A stretch of 63,950 bases of DNA, counting the filler, from Craspedostauros australis (lineage: Eukaryota): the NCBI GenBank assembly GCA_030167865.1. It is 16 parts of 16 records of this genome, joined end to end, with 100 filler letters (N's around TTAATTAATTAA, not from the genome) between each part and the next. Parts side by side here need not be neighbours in the genome. Positions count along the whole stretch, not along the records: positions 1 to 2,609 come from JALAGF010003499.1; positions 2,710 to 11,885 come from JALAGF010003501.1; 14 more parts are not named here. The stretch is one strand, 5' to 3'. The notes under the pieces were generated by a model. That model had not been told where the DNA came from. It did not search any database and saw only the letters and a program-made list of their open reading frames with translations. The stretch's first letter is position 1; each line of letters starts with the position of its first letter. Shown piece after piece: positions 1 through 11,535 of this stretch. A program made the position numbers and the translations under genes.

Positions 1-2241
1 ATGAAAACCGAAGTGGGCGTGGGCAACTCGGCGTTCGAGATTGATTTCAATCAGTGGGCATTCCTGGCGACAGATTGTTGGGTCAAGACGGTCTGGCGAG
101 AAACGCATGAATGCAATATAAGGTTGAAAGAAAAAACAGACACGGCTGGGTTGGTCCATGAAAGAGACGAGTGGTTGATGGTGGCGCTAATGAGAGAAGG
201 ATACAGCAGAGAGCAACGGGTCCGATTGAACAGGTGCAGAATAGTGATGAAGGTGGTTAGTGTGGCAGACGTGGTCGAAGCAAGGCGACGACGATCAGTG
301 GCGAGCAGTCCAATGGAAAATGGCAGCAAGTGGAGAGGAAGAGAGCACATCCAATGGCCGAGACAGGGACCGCTGCCACGGAAAGATTGGATGTTATGGA
401 AACAAGCTATGACGCGTATAGCCAAGAAAGCAAGGCACAGTGAGGAATGGGAACTGGAACAGGTCGGCGCGGTACGGGCCGAGAATGGAAGAAAACTGTG
501 GACGCGCGATGGGCCGAGGAAGTGGTCTGAATGGAGCAGCAGAGAAGGAATGGTTCCGGGCATGGAGCGATACCAACGTACGCAACGAGCATCGAGCGGG
601 CCACCGGAAGGCGGGCGAGCGGTGTTTGTGCGAGAAGTGCGTCAGGAGCTACACGTGGTTGGGACAGGCGGCAGAGTCCAGCGGAGTCAATCCAAGTCTG
701 ACAAACGATTGAGCAAGGCGGAAAAGCAGTGGCTGGAGGCAGTGGCAGCAGGGGATGCAGTGGTCAGTACAGATGGATCGTTCAAAAGCGGCAGAAGCAC
801 GGCGGCGTACTCACTCAACAAGCATGGACGGCGCAAGGGGTTGGTGACAGCAGCAGCAGTGGTGCAAGGTCGCAAACAAGTGCAGAGTGCGTACCGTGCA
901 GAGCTAGGAGGGATTCTCCAGGCGCTGCGAAGAGTCGAAAGCATCATGCAGCGCGACCGCCAACGGCATGACACAGCTGGTAAGACAGTGGTAGTGGCGT
1001 GTGACAACAAAATGGCAGGCATCCACGCAGTCCAATACACGCAAGACGTCAGTACGGCAGTTCAGCACTTCGACATCCTCAGGGAGATACGGGGTATACA
1101 ACGCAGGTTACCAGTACAACTACGGTACAAGCACGTATATGGCCACCAGCTGGAACGAGACCGCGGCGTGGCACAGGATGAATTTGCGTTTTGGAACGAT
1201 GAAGTCGACAAGCAGGCCGGAGCAGCGCAAATGAGCGAAGCTGCATGTAGTGACAATGAATGGGGAGCAAATGAGTGGTCGGTGTGGCTGGACGGCGAGA
1301 AGGTATGCAAGAGTTTGACGGAGACGCTCCGCAACTACGTACAAGGCCAACGGACCAAAGGGTGGCAACGCAAAGTGGGCCGTATCCGTAAGGAGCAGAT
1401 GTCAGCAGTGGATATTGTAGCGGCGAGATTAGCCATGGGGCGAATCACGACAAGGCGCAGGCAATGGGTGGCAAAGCATGCATGCAGTTTCGGACCCGTT
1501 GGCAGAAATATGCACAAATGGAAATTCTGGGCGACCAGCCTGTGCCCAATATGCGGGCAGTGCGAGGAAACGACGGACCACGTCATGCAGTGCCAGCACC
1601 CAACGGCTGTAGCGGTGCGACGGGCAGCTATGAAAGAGTGGGAAACAGGAATGCTGGCAGGGAGGGGAAGCGGGTTGATGGTACACGAATTAGTTCGGCA
1701 GGTAGGCGCATGGTGCGACGGGTTGAGGTTGGAGAACGAGCAAGGGCCACAACTGAGCAAGGCCGTTGAAGAGCAGGCAAGTATAGGGTGGAATATGATG
1801 GTGAGGGGCCGGTGGTCTAAGAAGTGGGGGCTAATGCAAGAGCAAACAATGGAGCTCCACGAACAGCCAGGGACGGCGGCGAACTGGATTGCAAGAGCGA
1901 TAGTGGGGTTGTGGGAAGTACGGTGGAAGGCGTGGGAAGCGAGAAATAAGGTACTGCACGAAAGCGAGTCAGGGATCGCGGTCGCAAAGCTGACACGAGA
2001 GGCAGCGCGTGCAGTACGCAAAGAATGGAGGAAGGGCGTCGGCAACCTAATGGGAGATGACGCGCGGCTGTTGACCCTCACAACGGAGGAAGCGGTGAGA
2101 CGACAGTCGGCGGCGAATCAGCTGACGTGGGTAAAGCATGTGCAGGCGGCACGAGCGGCCAGCGCTAGACGGAAAAGGAAGAGGTCCGATTCGACAACAA
2201 CAGCGGCAGGAAGGGCAAGGCGAGTCAGATCGCGACGGTAA
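1..2241 (+). mobile_element. Non-LTR (LINE-like) retrotransposon ORF, 3' part: RNase H domain plus C-terminal CCHC zinc motif; 5'-truncated by window edge
   Basis: 746-aa ORF with the RNase H catalytic set STDGS...AYRAELGG...ACDNK...HVYGHQ...NDEVD, then CPICGQCEETTDHVMQC and a Trp-rich tail (QASIGWNMMVRGRWSKKW, LWEVRWKAWEARN) typical of LINE ORF2 C-termini. Strongly purine-rich sense strand. Resembles RNase H-bearing diatom non-LTR elements (Ambal-like, by inference). Confidence 0.85.
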
Positions 2242-2609
2242 ACGCGAAAGCAGACAAGCAGCCCCTCGGCCTTACAAAAAGAGAGTGAAGAGCATAGCGG
2301 AGGATTCCGGGTGCCCAGGGGAACACGGTAATTTGTCCACTCACGACTCCATGAGCTCGTGATTGAGCTGAATCGAGTCGTGCTTTATGACGTAGTTCCC
2401 GTCAAGCGCTGAAGTTGCGCGCCGGGCGTGCCTGATCCCCGCTCTCGCCCGATCCTCAATCTCGTGCTTGGTTAGTTGTGAGGTTCGCTTGTGCAAACGA
2501 GTGTCATTTTCGTGTCGTTTGGCGGACGGGCGTGATGCCGAAAACAAGTTTCAGAGTACTGCGACATGTTACATTGTGTCAATTCGGACAAATGTGTTCT
2601 TCATTTTTG

Positions 2610-2709
2610 NNNNNNNNNNNNNNNNNNNNNNNNNNNNNNNNNNNNNNNNNNNNTTAATTAATTAANNNNNNNNNNNNNNNNNNNNNNNNNNNNNNNNNNN
2701 NNNNNNNNN
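2610..2709. other. Artificial contig spacer N44-TTAATTAATTAA-N44 (first of 15)
   Basis: Identical 100-bp spacers with a six-frame stop linker at 2654, 11930, 18226, 19888, 23502, 25396, 28147, 31084, 33274, 38654, 47138, 50986, 58077, 60167 and 62334. Confidence 0.99.
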
Positions 2710-3619
2710 ACCCTCCCTTTGAACAGCACCCATCATCATTTGTCCAGCACAACGAGGTGGGAAATACGACTACACCACCGATCACGGATCCGCCTTGATG
2801 ATTCTGCCTCCCATCACTCTCTGCCTCCCCAGTGTTCCGTTCTCGTTGTCTCGCTCGGGTGCTGAATGTCTGAAAATGATGGGAGGCCAATTTATCATCA
2901 AACGGGAAGTCGAAAGAGGTCTTATCACAACGATCACCTGATCCACCAGACGCACTGCCTCATCGCCTCTTCTGATGCCGGAGCGGTGATGGCACATTCA
3001 TCCGTCTCTCTTGCGCTGTTGCTTCCATGACATTGGCTGCACTCTTGCCTGCATTGTGTCTTGTGCCAGATTGTTCTTCGTGTTGTTGCACGTTGCACTC
3101 TTGCAAACATGCAACAATCGTGTAGTCGTTGTTCTTCGCGCTCAATTTTCGTGTTTGGTTGTCGCACACGTTTCTCCGCGATGAATTTGGTTGGCCAATT
3201 CAGTACTGAAGTAGGCGCAATATTTGCCGGAGGCAATCGGAAAGGTTCGCCGCGACAAACTGGTTGGGCGCGATTGGAAACTACGACCACAATCTGTTTC
3301 AACTACGCAAATAGCGACGTGCATTGTTCTTCAGTTGACACCAATTGTTTTGCATCACAACAAGTTCCCGGCACCAAACAGAAAATGCAATCTATTCGAG
3401 GTTGAAGCCTATCATGTCTGCACCAGACTGATCTTGCGAAAGACAAAGGGGACCACAACACAGACTCCACAGGCCGGGATGTGTCCGGCTGAGTTGCATC
3501 GCGCTGCATCGTGACGCATTGTAGTTCTTCACGTCGCACTGTGTGCAATTCTGTCCACATCCGAGCTTTTCATCCATCTCAGCTTCCCAGCCTCACAAAA
3601 TCAACAACTCGACAACGGC

Positions 3620-3660
3620 AACAACTCAACTCAACTCAACTCAACTCAACTCAACTCAAC
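3620..3660 (+). repeat. (CAACT)n pentanucleotide microsatellite in the 5' region of the RING gene (copy at about 12896-12936)
   Basis: About 8 tandem CAACT units seen directly. Confidence 0.95.
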
Positions 3661-3699
3661 GATAACAACAACCAACCAATCGCCAAAAATAGCATCATC

Positions 3700-4398
3700 A
3701 TGGGTCTTCTGAAACGACTGTCGCGACGCAACGTCTTCAAGAATGGCAGCAACCACACATCATCGTCATCCCCTTCGCCATCATTGCTGGTCTCCCCCAC
3801 ACCTGCCCTCATGTCACGAAGCATGCACAGGCAGAAGAAGCGCCACTCAGACGGCTACATCCCGGAGACAGTGATGACCCCCATCCGTCACACTGTCAAA
3901 GGCTCGCGAGACGCCATGCCACGCAGAGCGTCGAGCCATCACACGTGTTCATCGTGCGTCTGCGACACCCCGCGCAAGGATCCCGTCGTGCCACTCACAC
4001 CGCGCACTCCCGCACGGCGCGCAGATGATACGGACGACGTGGACAGCTCTGGTCTCGTGCATCTGCGGCTGCGCGGAATCCCCGACGGCTGCAAGGGATG
4101 CTCCATCTGCTTCGAGCTGTTCGAAGTGCGTGACACGGTGACGTACCTTCCATGCGGACACATGTATCATTCATCATGTCTGCTGTACGAGCTGAAACGT
4201 CATGGATGCTGTCCGACCTGCGAGACCGAGCTCCCCAGCAACGTCACGGAAGAAACGGAGATGGAGGACAGATGGAATGCCAGCATCGCAGCCGCCACCG
4301 AAGGAAGTCCATCCTCCACGCCCTCGGTGGTCAACATCGAATCACAACCACCCATCCTTCCCGATCTCGATGTGAGTACCTCCAGTTTCTCGGATTGA
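3700..4398 (+). CDS. RING-H2 zinc finger protein (putative E3 ubiquitin ligase)
   Basis: CSICFELFEVRDTVTYLPCGHMYHSSCL...CPTC is a C3H2C3 RING-H2. Likely ATG at 3700 (MGLLKRLS), just after a CA-rich leader. Confidence 0.85.
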   Translation: MGLLKRLSRRNVFKNGSNHTSSSSPSPSLLVSPTPALMSRSMHRQKKRHSDGYIPETVMTPIRHTVKGSRDAMPRRASSHHTCSSCVCDTPRKDPVVPLTPRTPARRADDTDDVDSSGLVHLRLRGIPDGCKGCSICFELFEVRDTVTYLPCGHMYHSSCLLYELKRHGCCPTCETELPSNVTEETEMEDRWNASIAAATEGSPSSTPSVVNIESQPPILPDLDVSTSSFSD

Positions 4399-5473
4399 TG
4401 GATGCGAGATGACGCTTTATCATGCACCTCGAACACACGCATCAAGGAGAGGGGATAGAGAGCGTGGTATTTCGTGTCATGCCATGGAAAAAACATCGCG
4501 CCGCACGCCCAACATCGCCTCTCATCGAAGGCCGTGGCGGAGGAGCAATCCACGGAGCCAATCCACGGAGCCAATACGATGAAACGGAAACACAGAGGAT
4601 GCGGCGGAAAGCAGCAGAACCAACAACACCACACCAATTCGCATGGCGACGAACTCGATCAGACCCGCTCCAGAACCAGAAAGGTGTAGATCGTCAGAGG
4701 CACATCGCAGCAGCCACCTGTCCAGACACACTCCGGGGAATGGCTTGTCCGTCGCTCGACACACGGGTCGAATAGAGGCTGGGATCTTGTCGGAAACAGC
4801 AAAACTGGGCCCACGCATGGAGTGAATGGCACAGCGCCAAAGACAAAGAGAGCCTGCGAATGAAAGGGTCAAAGGCGTACGGACGCTCTGCGCCCTCTCT
4901 CTCTCGCACACACATTGGACAAGAGACGCAACGTGGCATCTCACGAACATCATCTCCCATGCAAGTGCATCCTTGGGACATGCACAATACTTGTATAGTA
5001 CACCTACTTTGCATAAAGCTACTAAGGCAAGGCCGCTTACTATTCTCGTACTCGCGCACGACATCTTCACCAAACCAGGACAAACAGAACATTCACGTCA
5101 TCCAACAAGTCGAGATACTCCAAAGTAGAAAATGGCGCGTGTGACGTGATCCCCGATCTGGTCCCTTCACATCTTCTTCATTGTTTCCGTTCGTTTCTGA
5201 CGTCAACCACAAGAAAGGCATCTGTTCTTGGGTCGAGTTCTGTGCCTCCATTAGTTCTTTGCACGGCAAAACGCGCAACGAACATCCAACAACGAAAGGA
5301 TACCACCGATGCAACGCACATGGACACATCATCCACAAACGCATCATTGCGATCTCCACATTCGGACCAACAGCCATGGCTACCAACGCACCACAATCAG
5401 AATCACAATCATTACGACATCACACTTGCTGCTTCGTCCGTCACGCCAGGAGTATTGAGCGTACATGTTGACA

Positions 5474-6310
5474 ATGATACCCATGATGGCTACCATGCCA
5501 ACATGGGCATCGAGAGATCCAAAGAACTCCACCATGACATCAATAATGATGATCCTCATCGCAGCAATGACATGCAGCGGCACGTCAGCACTCAGCACAT
5601 CCAACTCGTACCTCGCCTCTCTCAAGCAACAACCTGCCAACGGTGAGGCCGAGCATCACGTCTCCATTGCCACATATCGGTCGACAGCCGAGTACCTCAA
5701 CGCTCTTTCGTCGCCAGATTCCTCAGATTGTGCAAGCGTCGCAATGGATTCATCCCAGCCAACACCATGGAGTGAAGCGACATCTACGCAAGAATCACCA
5801 CCCGCGGCAGCGATGATGCCACCCCACGTATCGGCATCAGAATCAACATCAGCATCAATGCTTGATGACGGTGCCGAACACCAGGATGCGCCAGATGAGT
5901 GGTACGGCAAGTCCAACCCCATGGCCGGCTGGGAAGGATACCAACATCCTCGGTGGGGTGGCTACCTGAATAACCTGGGAACTAAAGACTCAGATAATCA
6001 ACAGCAACAACAACAGCAGCAGCAGCAGAACAGTGGAAATCCGGCCGAAACGGGAAGAGGAACTCCAAAGAGTCAGAGCGCATGGACACGGAACAAAGAC
6101 CGATCGAACCAGCGGCCGTCTCAACCGCGGCCGAACACACCGCAATGGTCTCCTGCTGCGACAAATACGCAACCAGACTCTCAAGCCGACCTACTGAACT
6201 CAACGGATGACGATGTCGCGAATCCAGTGTTCCGACAGGGCAAACGATCTGACTACGGCAACGACGCGAGATGGGGAGCTGATGTATATCTGGATTCAAT
6301 CGGACAGTGA
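5474..6310 (+). CDS. Low-complexity protein with signal-peptide-like N-terminus, polyQ and repeated YLxxL motifs
   Basis: Open frame with hydrophobic IMMILIAAMTCSGTSA, and SYLASL / EYLNAL / GYLNNL / VYLDSI motifs. Start codon uncertain (several Met). Confidence 0.7.
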   Translation: MIPMMATMPTWASRDPKNSTMTSIMMILIAAMTCSGTSALSTSNSYLASLKQQPANGEAEHHVSIATYRSTAEYLNALSSPDSSDCASVAMDSSQPTPWSEATSTQESPPAAAMMPPHVSASESTSASMLDDGAEHQDAPDEWYGKSNPMAGWEGYQHPRWGGYLNNLGTKDSDNQQQQQQQQQQNSGNPAETGRGTPKSQSAWTRNKDRSNQRPSQPRPNTPQWSPAATNTQPDSQADLLNSTDDDVANPVFRQGKRSDYGNDARWGADVYLDSIGQ

Positions 6311-7456
6311 CGATTGCCTCGTCTTGATGACAGCGAAGGGGGATTGCGGTGTGTTAACATCTCCTTGCCACTGTTGAGCATAACACAAAATTGGATGGGC
6401 AACACAAGAGATCGACAGCAGCTGAGAAAGATGTATCTGTCCATGCTTGCCAGCGGATGAGATCCATCTTGTGACTTGCGATTTGCGTTCTCAATTCGTT
6501 CGTACCATTTATGAATCAATACATGTTTTGCCGCACATCCCACTATGACACGTGTGCGACATGGTCGAGGCTGGCCGATTCGAAAAAGACAGTACTTGAT
6601 TAGCTTCTCTTGTGGGAAGTCCGCTTCGGACTGGCGCCAGAAAAGGAGATCTTTGCCCATCAACTCAACGGACACAACGGGAACAACAACAATGATGATG
6701 TGACGGAGGGAACACCAAGACAGCCATACATACCATCATCACAATCACAATCACAATTGCATTCACAACCATCGCAAGCCATGAGGTATCCCACGGAAAG
6801 TCCAGTCGGCGACATGGTCGCTTGAGTACCGCAGTCGGACAATGCGCGACGCATTGTACGAACCAAGCCAGTGGATCGGATGATCGTGTTCCCAACACGT
6901 TCCGCCATCGAGCCCGTTTCCACATGCCGATACGTCAGCACTCCACCACTCCATCTCTCATCTTGTGCCGATGCATCGGTCGTGGTTGAAGAACAGTGGG
7001 CACGACCCATGACAACGAAGAAGGAGAGGCGACAACCCTCGCACCAACCCAACCCATCTGCAAGTCAATGCGCACCAACAGTGGTCAGACGTTTCATCGC
7101 CGTCGCTGCGACTGCTGCGGATGTCATCCCACTCTTGTGGCCAACGATGCCATCGCCGTGCTTCACTTTTCCAAAAAAGATGCATTCCGTGGGACCTCCT
7201 GTGAGAAACCTACTCCTTCCTACTCGTACGAGCACAGCGATGAATGCGCATGGCAATAGTTGACGCGATACACTCCTACACCATTGCATTATTGCAGTAT
7301 TGCACCATGAGGCCTGCAACAGGCAACAGACACCGAGAAGGAGCGCTTCAATCTCCAACCTCTCCCCAACCTCTCATAAAACTGAAACAGCCACAAACTG
7401 ATCTAATACATCCAAACATCTAGCAACTAAAGCAGCAATCTCAGTAACACCCAAAC

Positions 7457-8152
7457 ATGAAGCTCATCGCCACCACCGCCCTCATCTCCATGATGGCATC
7501 CGCCTTCGCTCCACTCGCTGACGCCGCTGGATACACCTGCGGTATCCAGGCCCACTTCGGCATCGACAGCGAAGTCGATCATGCCCACGAGCCAACCATC
7601 GAGGAGCTCAACTTCTCTCGCCGCATGTTCATGAAGACCTTCCACGATGTGCACCCAGACCTCTCCTTCGACAAGGTCGATCTCATGGACATCTTCGAAG
7701 AGAAGCGTNNNNNNNNNNNNNNNNNNNNNNNNNNNNNNNNNNNNNNNNNNNNNNNNNNNNNNNNNNNNNNNNNNCTCGATGGTGGAGAGATGAACCGCCT
7801 CGCCTGGGATCATCAGCCCATCTCGTGGGACTACAGCTTCGTGGCTGACATCCTTTGTCCCTACTGCTTCTTTGATGATGACGATGATGATGACTTCTAC
7901 TCAGGAAGCATCTCCTCTACCATCACCTCGTTGGCTCGCAACCTCGGGGAGAAGAAGGCCAACGCCAAGGTGAAGAAGTCCGGCGCCAAGAAGTTCCAAG
8001 CGGCATTGACTGAGCACAAGGCCCATCGTTGGGAGACCGCATGGTGCGATGCGTTGAAGAATGGTCCACACGAGTACTACCGCACCGTGGACAAGTGCGT
8101 GATCGCCCATGACTCCTTCAGCTGCACCGAGAAGGCGGACGCCGTCGCATGA
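7457..8152 (+). CDS. Secreted or plastid-targeted hypothetical protein (231 aa; internal N gap)
   Basis: Signal peptide ending in ASAFAP, strong C-ending codon bias, CPYC-poly-Asp segment and WETAWC...C motif. Complete allele at 16733-17428. Confidence 0.85.
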   Translation: MKLIATTALISMMASAFAPLADAAGYTCGIQAHFGIDSEVDHAHEPTIEELNFSRRMFMKTFHDVHPDLSFDKVDLMDIFEEKRXXXXXXXXXXXXXXXXXXXXXXLDGGEMNRLAWDHQPISWDYSFVADILCPYCFFDDDDDDDFYSGSISSTITSLARNLGEKKANAKVKKSGAKKFQAALTEHKAHRWETAWCDALKNGPHEYYRTVDKCVIAHDSFSCTEKADAVA

Positions 8153-8349
8153 GGTCCTTGAGACCCTTCGGCCATAGTTCGATTGTTTCGACTCTCTTCG
8201 GAACGGCAGGCAGTGGAGACAGATGGAAAAGAAGTGGCCGCTAACTGTAATCAATCGTCGATAGAGTTCTCTAGTGCAACATCACACAACTGTGCGCATA
8301 TCATACATAGCTATTCTACTGTTGTTCAAGTGCCATCTCGTTTCATCAT

Positions 8350-8890
8350 AGTACGCAAAACCACACGCACAAGCGGCATGGCCGGCGTGGCGGTTGCTGC
8401 GGTTCGAATGGAGCGGACGCGTCGGCGGACTGCGCCTGATGATGCGATGGTGCAGAACCCGATGTCAACTTCTCGTTGGAGCATTCCCTTGCAACTGCTG
8501 AGGCTCGCCCTGTTGTCTATTGGGCGTGAACGTTGACCATCGGACGCATACTCGTATCGTAACATCGAAGCAAGCGCTCTATCACATCGACTTGGGAGAA
8601 GAAACAAGCATGATACAGCACCGTTTTGTCAGCGTCGTCTCGGATGTTGATGCATGCCTATGCAAAATGCACGAGTATTGTGAGTCTCACTGAAGCGAAG
8701 GATGTGCTCGACGACATGCGTGTGGCCAAACCTAGCGTGTCTCCTTCCACGGTTGCCCAGTAGTGTTGCTGCTGTTTCTGTCCTTGTTTGCGTATGGGGC
8801 AAAGTGCGCATGGCAATGGTGGAGAATGAGACTTTGTGAGCATCCCATACGAATACCAATGGCCACCCAGTTCCATCCAAGTCATCTTCC
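8350..8890 (-). pseudogene. Degraded ankyrin-repeat gene
   Basis: Minus-strand fragments in different frames: GNRGRRHARFGHTHVVEHIL, INIRDDADKTVLYHACFFSQVDVIERLL, MVNVHAQ* and HAACACGF. Frameshifts and a stop codon. Confidence 0.65.
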
Positions 8891-9891
8891 AAGTAAACGA
8901 ACCATTGAACGAACGAAGCTGTGGACCATCAACTCACGAGCATACCCGTACTCTTACTCGTACGGTGCAGCGATTTTGCATCATGCGACAAAGATGTTGC
9001 AGTGTCGAGGGGATGGCCAAAGGTCAGCGCAGATTTCTGGTTGTCACTGAAGTCTACAACAAACGAAGCTAGATAAATGAGAACCCGATCTTTCAAACAC
9101 GAACAAACACAAGTGCGAACAAGCCAACGTGTGCGACCAAGGCAGCGTGTGCGAACAAGAGGGTGCCGAGAAAGATGAGAATGCTCAACGAAACAGTGCT
9201 TCATTAGCTTTGTCGCATCAACACAACAGCAGCAATAACAACACCAGCAGCAGCAGACAGATCACGCTGCTCGTCGCGCTTCGTGCGCGTCCCAGTATGG
9301 TACCATGCTGCGAAGAATCCACATCGATTTGAGGGAAGTCGTAATGCACTACTCTCCCTTCCCCTCCCACAACAAATCGCAGCACCACACCTGCTTCATC
9401 GGCAACAGCACTGCGCACACACCCCTTCCTCTCCGTCTCCCTCACACTCAGAGCAGAGTATTTTGAGAATGGGCTGTTGTGCACTCCTACCCTTCAGCGA
9501 CCGACCTGTCCATGCGAGGTTCAGCAAAAGCACTGGTACAGGCATGAGCTCCGCCAACGATCGACCATCCAGGTGAGTTGATTGCTTGTTTCCACATGTG
9601 CTCTGATGCTTGTGTCTGCTTGCGCTTGCGCCTACGCCTGCCTGGGTATGCGAATGCTGTCCAGTTCCACCTTCAAGTTTGCGCTCGTTTCCTTTGCTCG
9701 CATCCGTCGCACTTGAGTACCATCGTGCATCTGCGTGTGCTTGTGCGTGACGTGACACAGCGACGTACACCCATGATCGTAGCTTGTCGACAACATCAGT
9801 CTTCCACTATATTTACACTCACATTCGTGCTTCTTGTCTTCTCATCCATCGAATCCGGATTGTATCTGTTGGGACAAATGTTCTGTCGGAA

Positions 9892-11535
9892 ATGAAATGC
9901 ACATGGAACCCAAATCGAAATGGAAACAGTGACGAAGCCAAGAACGAATGGCTTTGGCAGCTGTGCGGAGCATGTAATCAAAACGACCTCACACGGGTTC
10001 AGGCTATCGTCAATTCATGCGAGGAGGGCACGTTTTGCGGCATTGTAATGCTTCGGCGGTTGAGTACATCGCCACTCCACGTCGCTTGCGTTCGTGGATA
10101 CACAGCAATTGTGACGTACTTGTTGCAGTCTGATCGAATCAAGGTGGACGTCAACCTCCAAGATAACAGGGGACGGACAGCACTCCATTGTGCTTGTAAT
10201 AATGGAAAAACGAACGTCGTGAAGTACCTGATGGAATTGGGTCACGCCCACGTGGATATCAACATTCGAGACAACCACGGCAACACTCCAATGCAAAGTG
10301 CGTGCTATCATGGACACAAAGACATCGTCGAATACTTCATGCAGTCTGATCGAAACAACGTGGATACCAACCCCCGAAACACCAAAGGTGAGACGCCTCC
10401 GCATTGGGCGTGTCACAGGGTGAGCAGCGATCTTCGATATCAGATGGAATCGAATGATGTCGGCGCTGCCATCAATTCCAACATCCGTAACAACAACGGT
10501 GACACACTTCTCCACCTGGCTTGTCGCATGATCTGCTCTGATGCTGAGGATATGATTGCGTATCTGGTCAAGTGCGACAAAATTGACACAGACAGTCATA
10601 TCCGTACCCAAAACAACAATGGCGACACACCATTTCATCTTCTTTGTGCTCAAAAGCGCTATGAAATTCTACCTTCGTTGAAGTTGTTGATGGATGTCGG
10701 TCGACCCAACAACAACGGCAACATGAACAGCGATGAAATCCTCAAAATTCAAAACAATGATGGCAACACACCTTTCCATGTTGCATGCAAGCATCAGAAA
10801 GAAGATGTCATCGAATACCTGCTCCAGTCACTCAAGACCAACAGCAGTCACAACATCCAAAACCGTGATGGTGATACACCCTTCCATATTGCCTTCAAGA
10901 GAGGCTTGTTCCTTGTGTTCAATGGCATCACCAGGCTCACCCGCCTCTTCGATTTCATCCAACATCAAGTCATCCCCGTCGCCAACCTTACCGATCTCTC
11001 ACAACCAGACAACTCCGTGGGAAGTCCGGTCATCATCAAGCAATTGATAGAAGAGGCTCGACCAATTGCAAACATCCAGAATCATGAGGGCAACACACTT
11101 CTTCATCTTGCATGTGCGAGTCGGAAAAGCAGTACTGCCGTTCTTGCAGTTTTGGTGGGGCGTGACTTGGTGGATGCAACGCTTGAGAATAGCGATGGCA
11201 ACACTGCTCTGCACTGCATTTTCAGTACCGAGCGTGACTGCCACAAAAGCCACCTGCGAATGATGAAGATCTTGATTGGGTTGAGCCATGTAAAGGTGGA
11301 TGTGAACATGAGGAACAATGATGGAGACACAGTGCTGCACTGTGCGGTGAAAAGGAATTGCTTGGAGCTGGTCGAGTATCTGATGACGTTGGATGATATC
11401 GATATTCATGCGCGGAACAAGGCTGGCAATACGGCACTGGATTTCGCTCGAGAGAAAGGCTGTGGTAAGAGGATGTTGGCGCTGCTTGAGTCGAGGATGT
11501 TGTGGGAATATTCCAATGACACGCATACTTTGTGA
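9892..11535 (+). CDS. Ankyrin-repeat protein
   Basis: More than 10 ankyrin units (NLQDNRGRTALHCAC, NNGDTLLHLAC, NDGNTPFHVAC, NKAGNTALDFA). Likely ATG at 9892. Confidence 0.92.
   Translation: MKCTWNPNRNGNSDEAKNEWLWQLCGACNQNDLTRVQAIVNSCEEGTFCGIVMLRRLSTSPLHVACVRGYTAIVTYLLQSDRIKVDVNLQDNRGRTALHCACNNGKTNVVKYLMELGHAHVDINIRDNHGNTPMQSACYHGHKDIVEYFMQSDRNNVDTNPRNTKGETPPHWACHRVSSDLRYQMESNDVGAAINSNIRNNNGDTLLHLACRMICSDAEDMIAYLVKCDKIDTDSHIRTQNNNGDTPFHLLCAQKRYEILPSLKLLMDVGRPNNNGNMNSDEILKIQNNDGNTPFHVACKHQKEDVIEYLLQSLKTNSSHNIQNRDGDTPFHIAFKRGLFLVFNGITRLTRLFDFIQHQVIPVANLTDLSQPDNSVGSPVIIKQLIEEARPIANIQNHEGNTLLHLACASRKSSTAVLAVLVGRDLVDATLENSDGNTALHCIFSTERDCHKSHLRMMKILIGLSHVKVDVNMRNNDGDTVLHCAVKRNCLELVEYLMTLDDIDIHARNKAGNTALDFAREKGCGKRMLALLESRMLWEYSNDTHTL

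Larger units (their letters stand above)
2710..8903 (+). repeat. Duplicated segment (haplotype copy A) of 11986-18181
   Basis: Appears identical at offset 9276 up to the N gap at 7709; SNPs and indels accumulate after about 7800. Confidence 0.95.

Noticed and set aside
4372..4775. Possible intron at 4372 and a degenerate second RING-like segment
   Set aside because: Cys/His ligands are missing and no convincing acceptor or frame was found.
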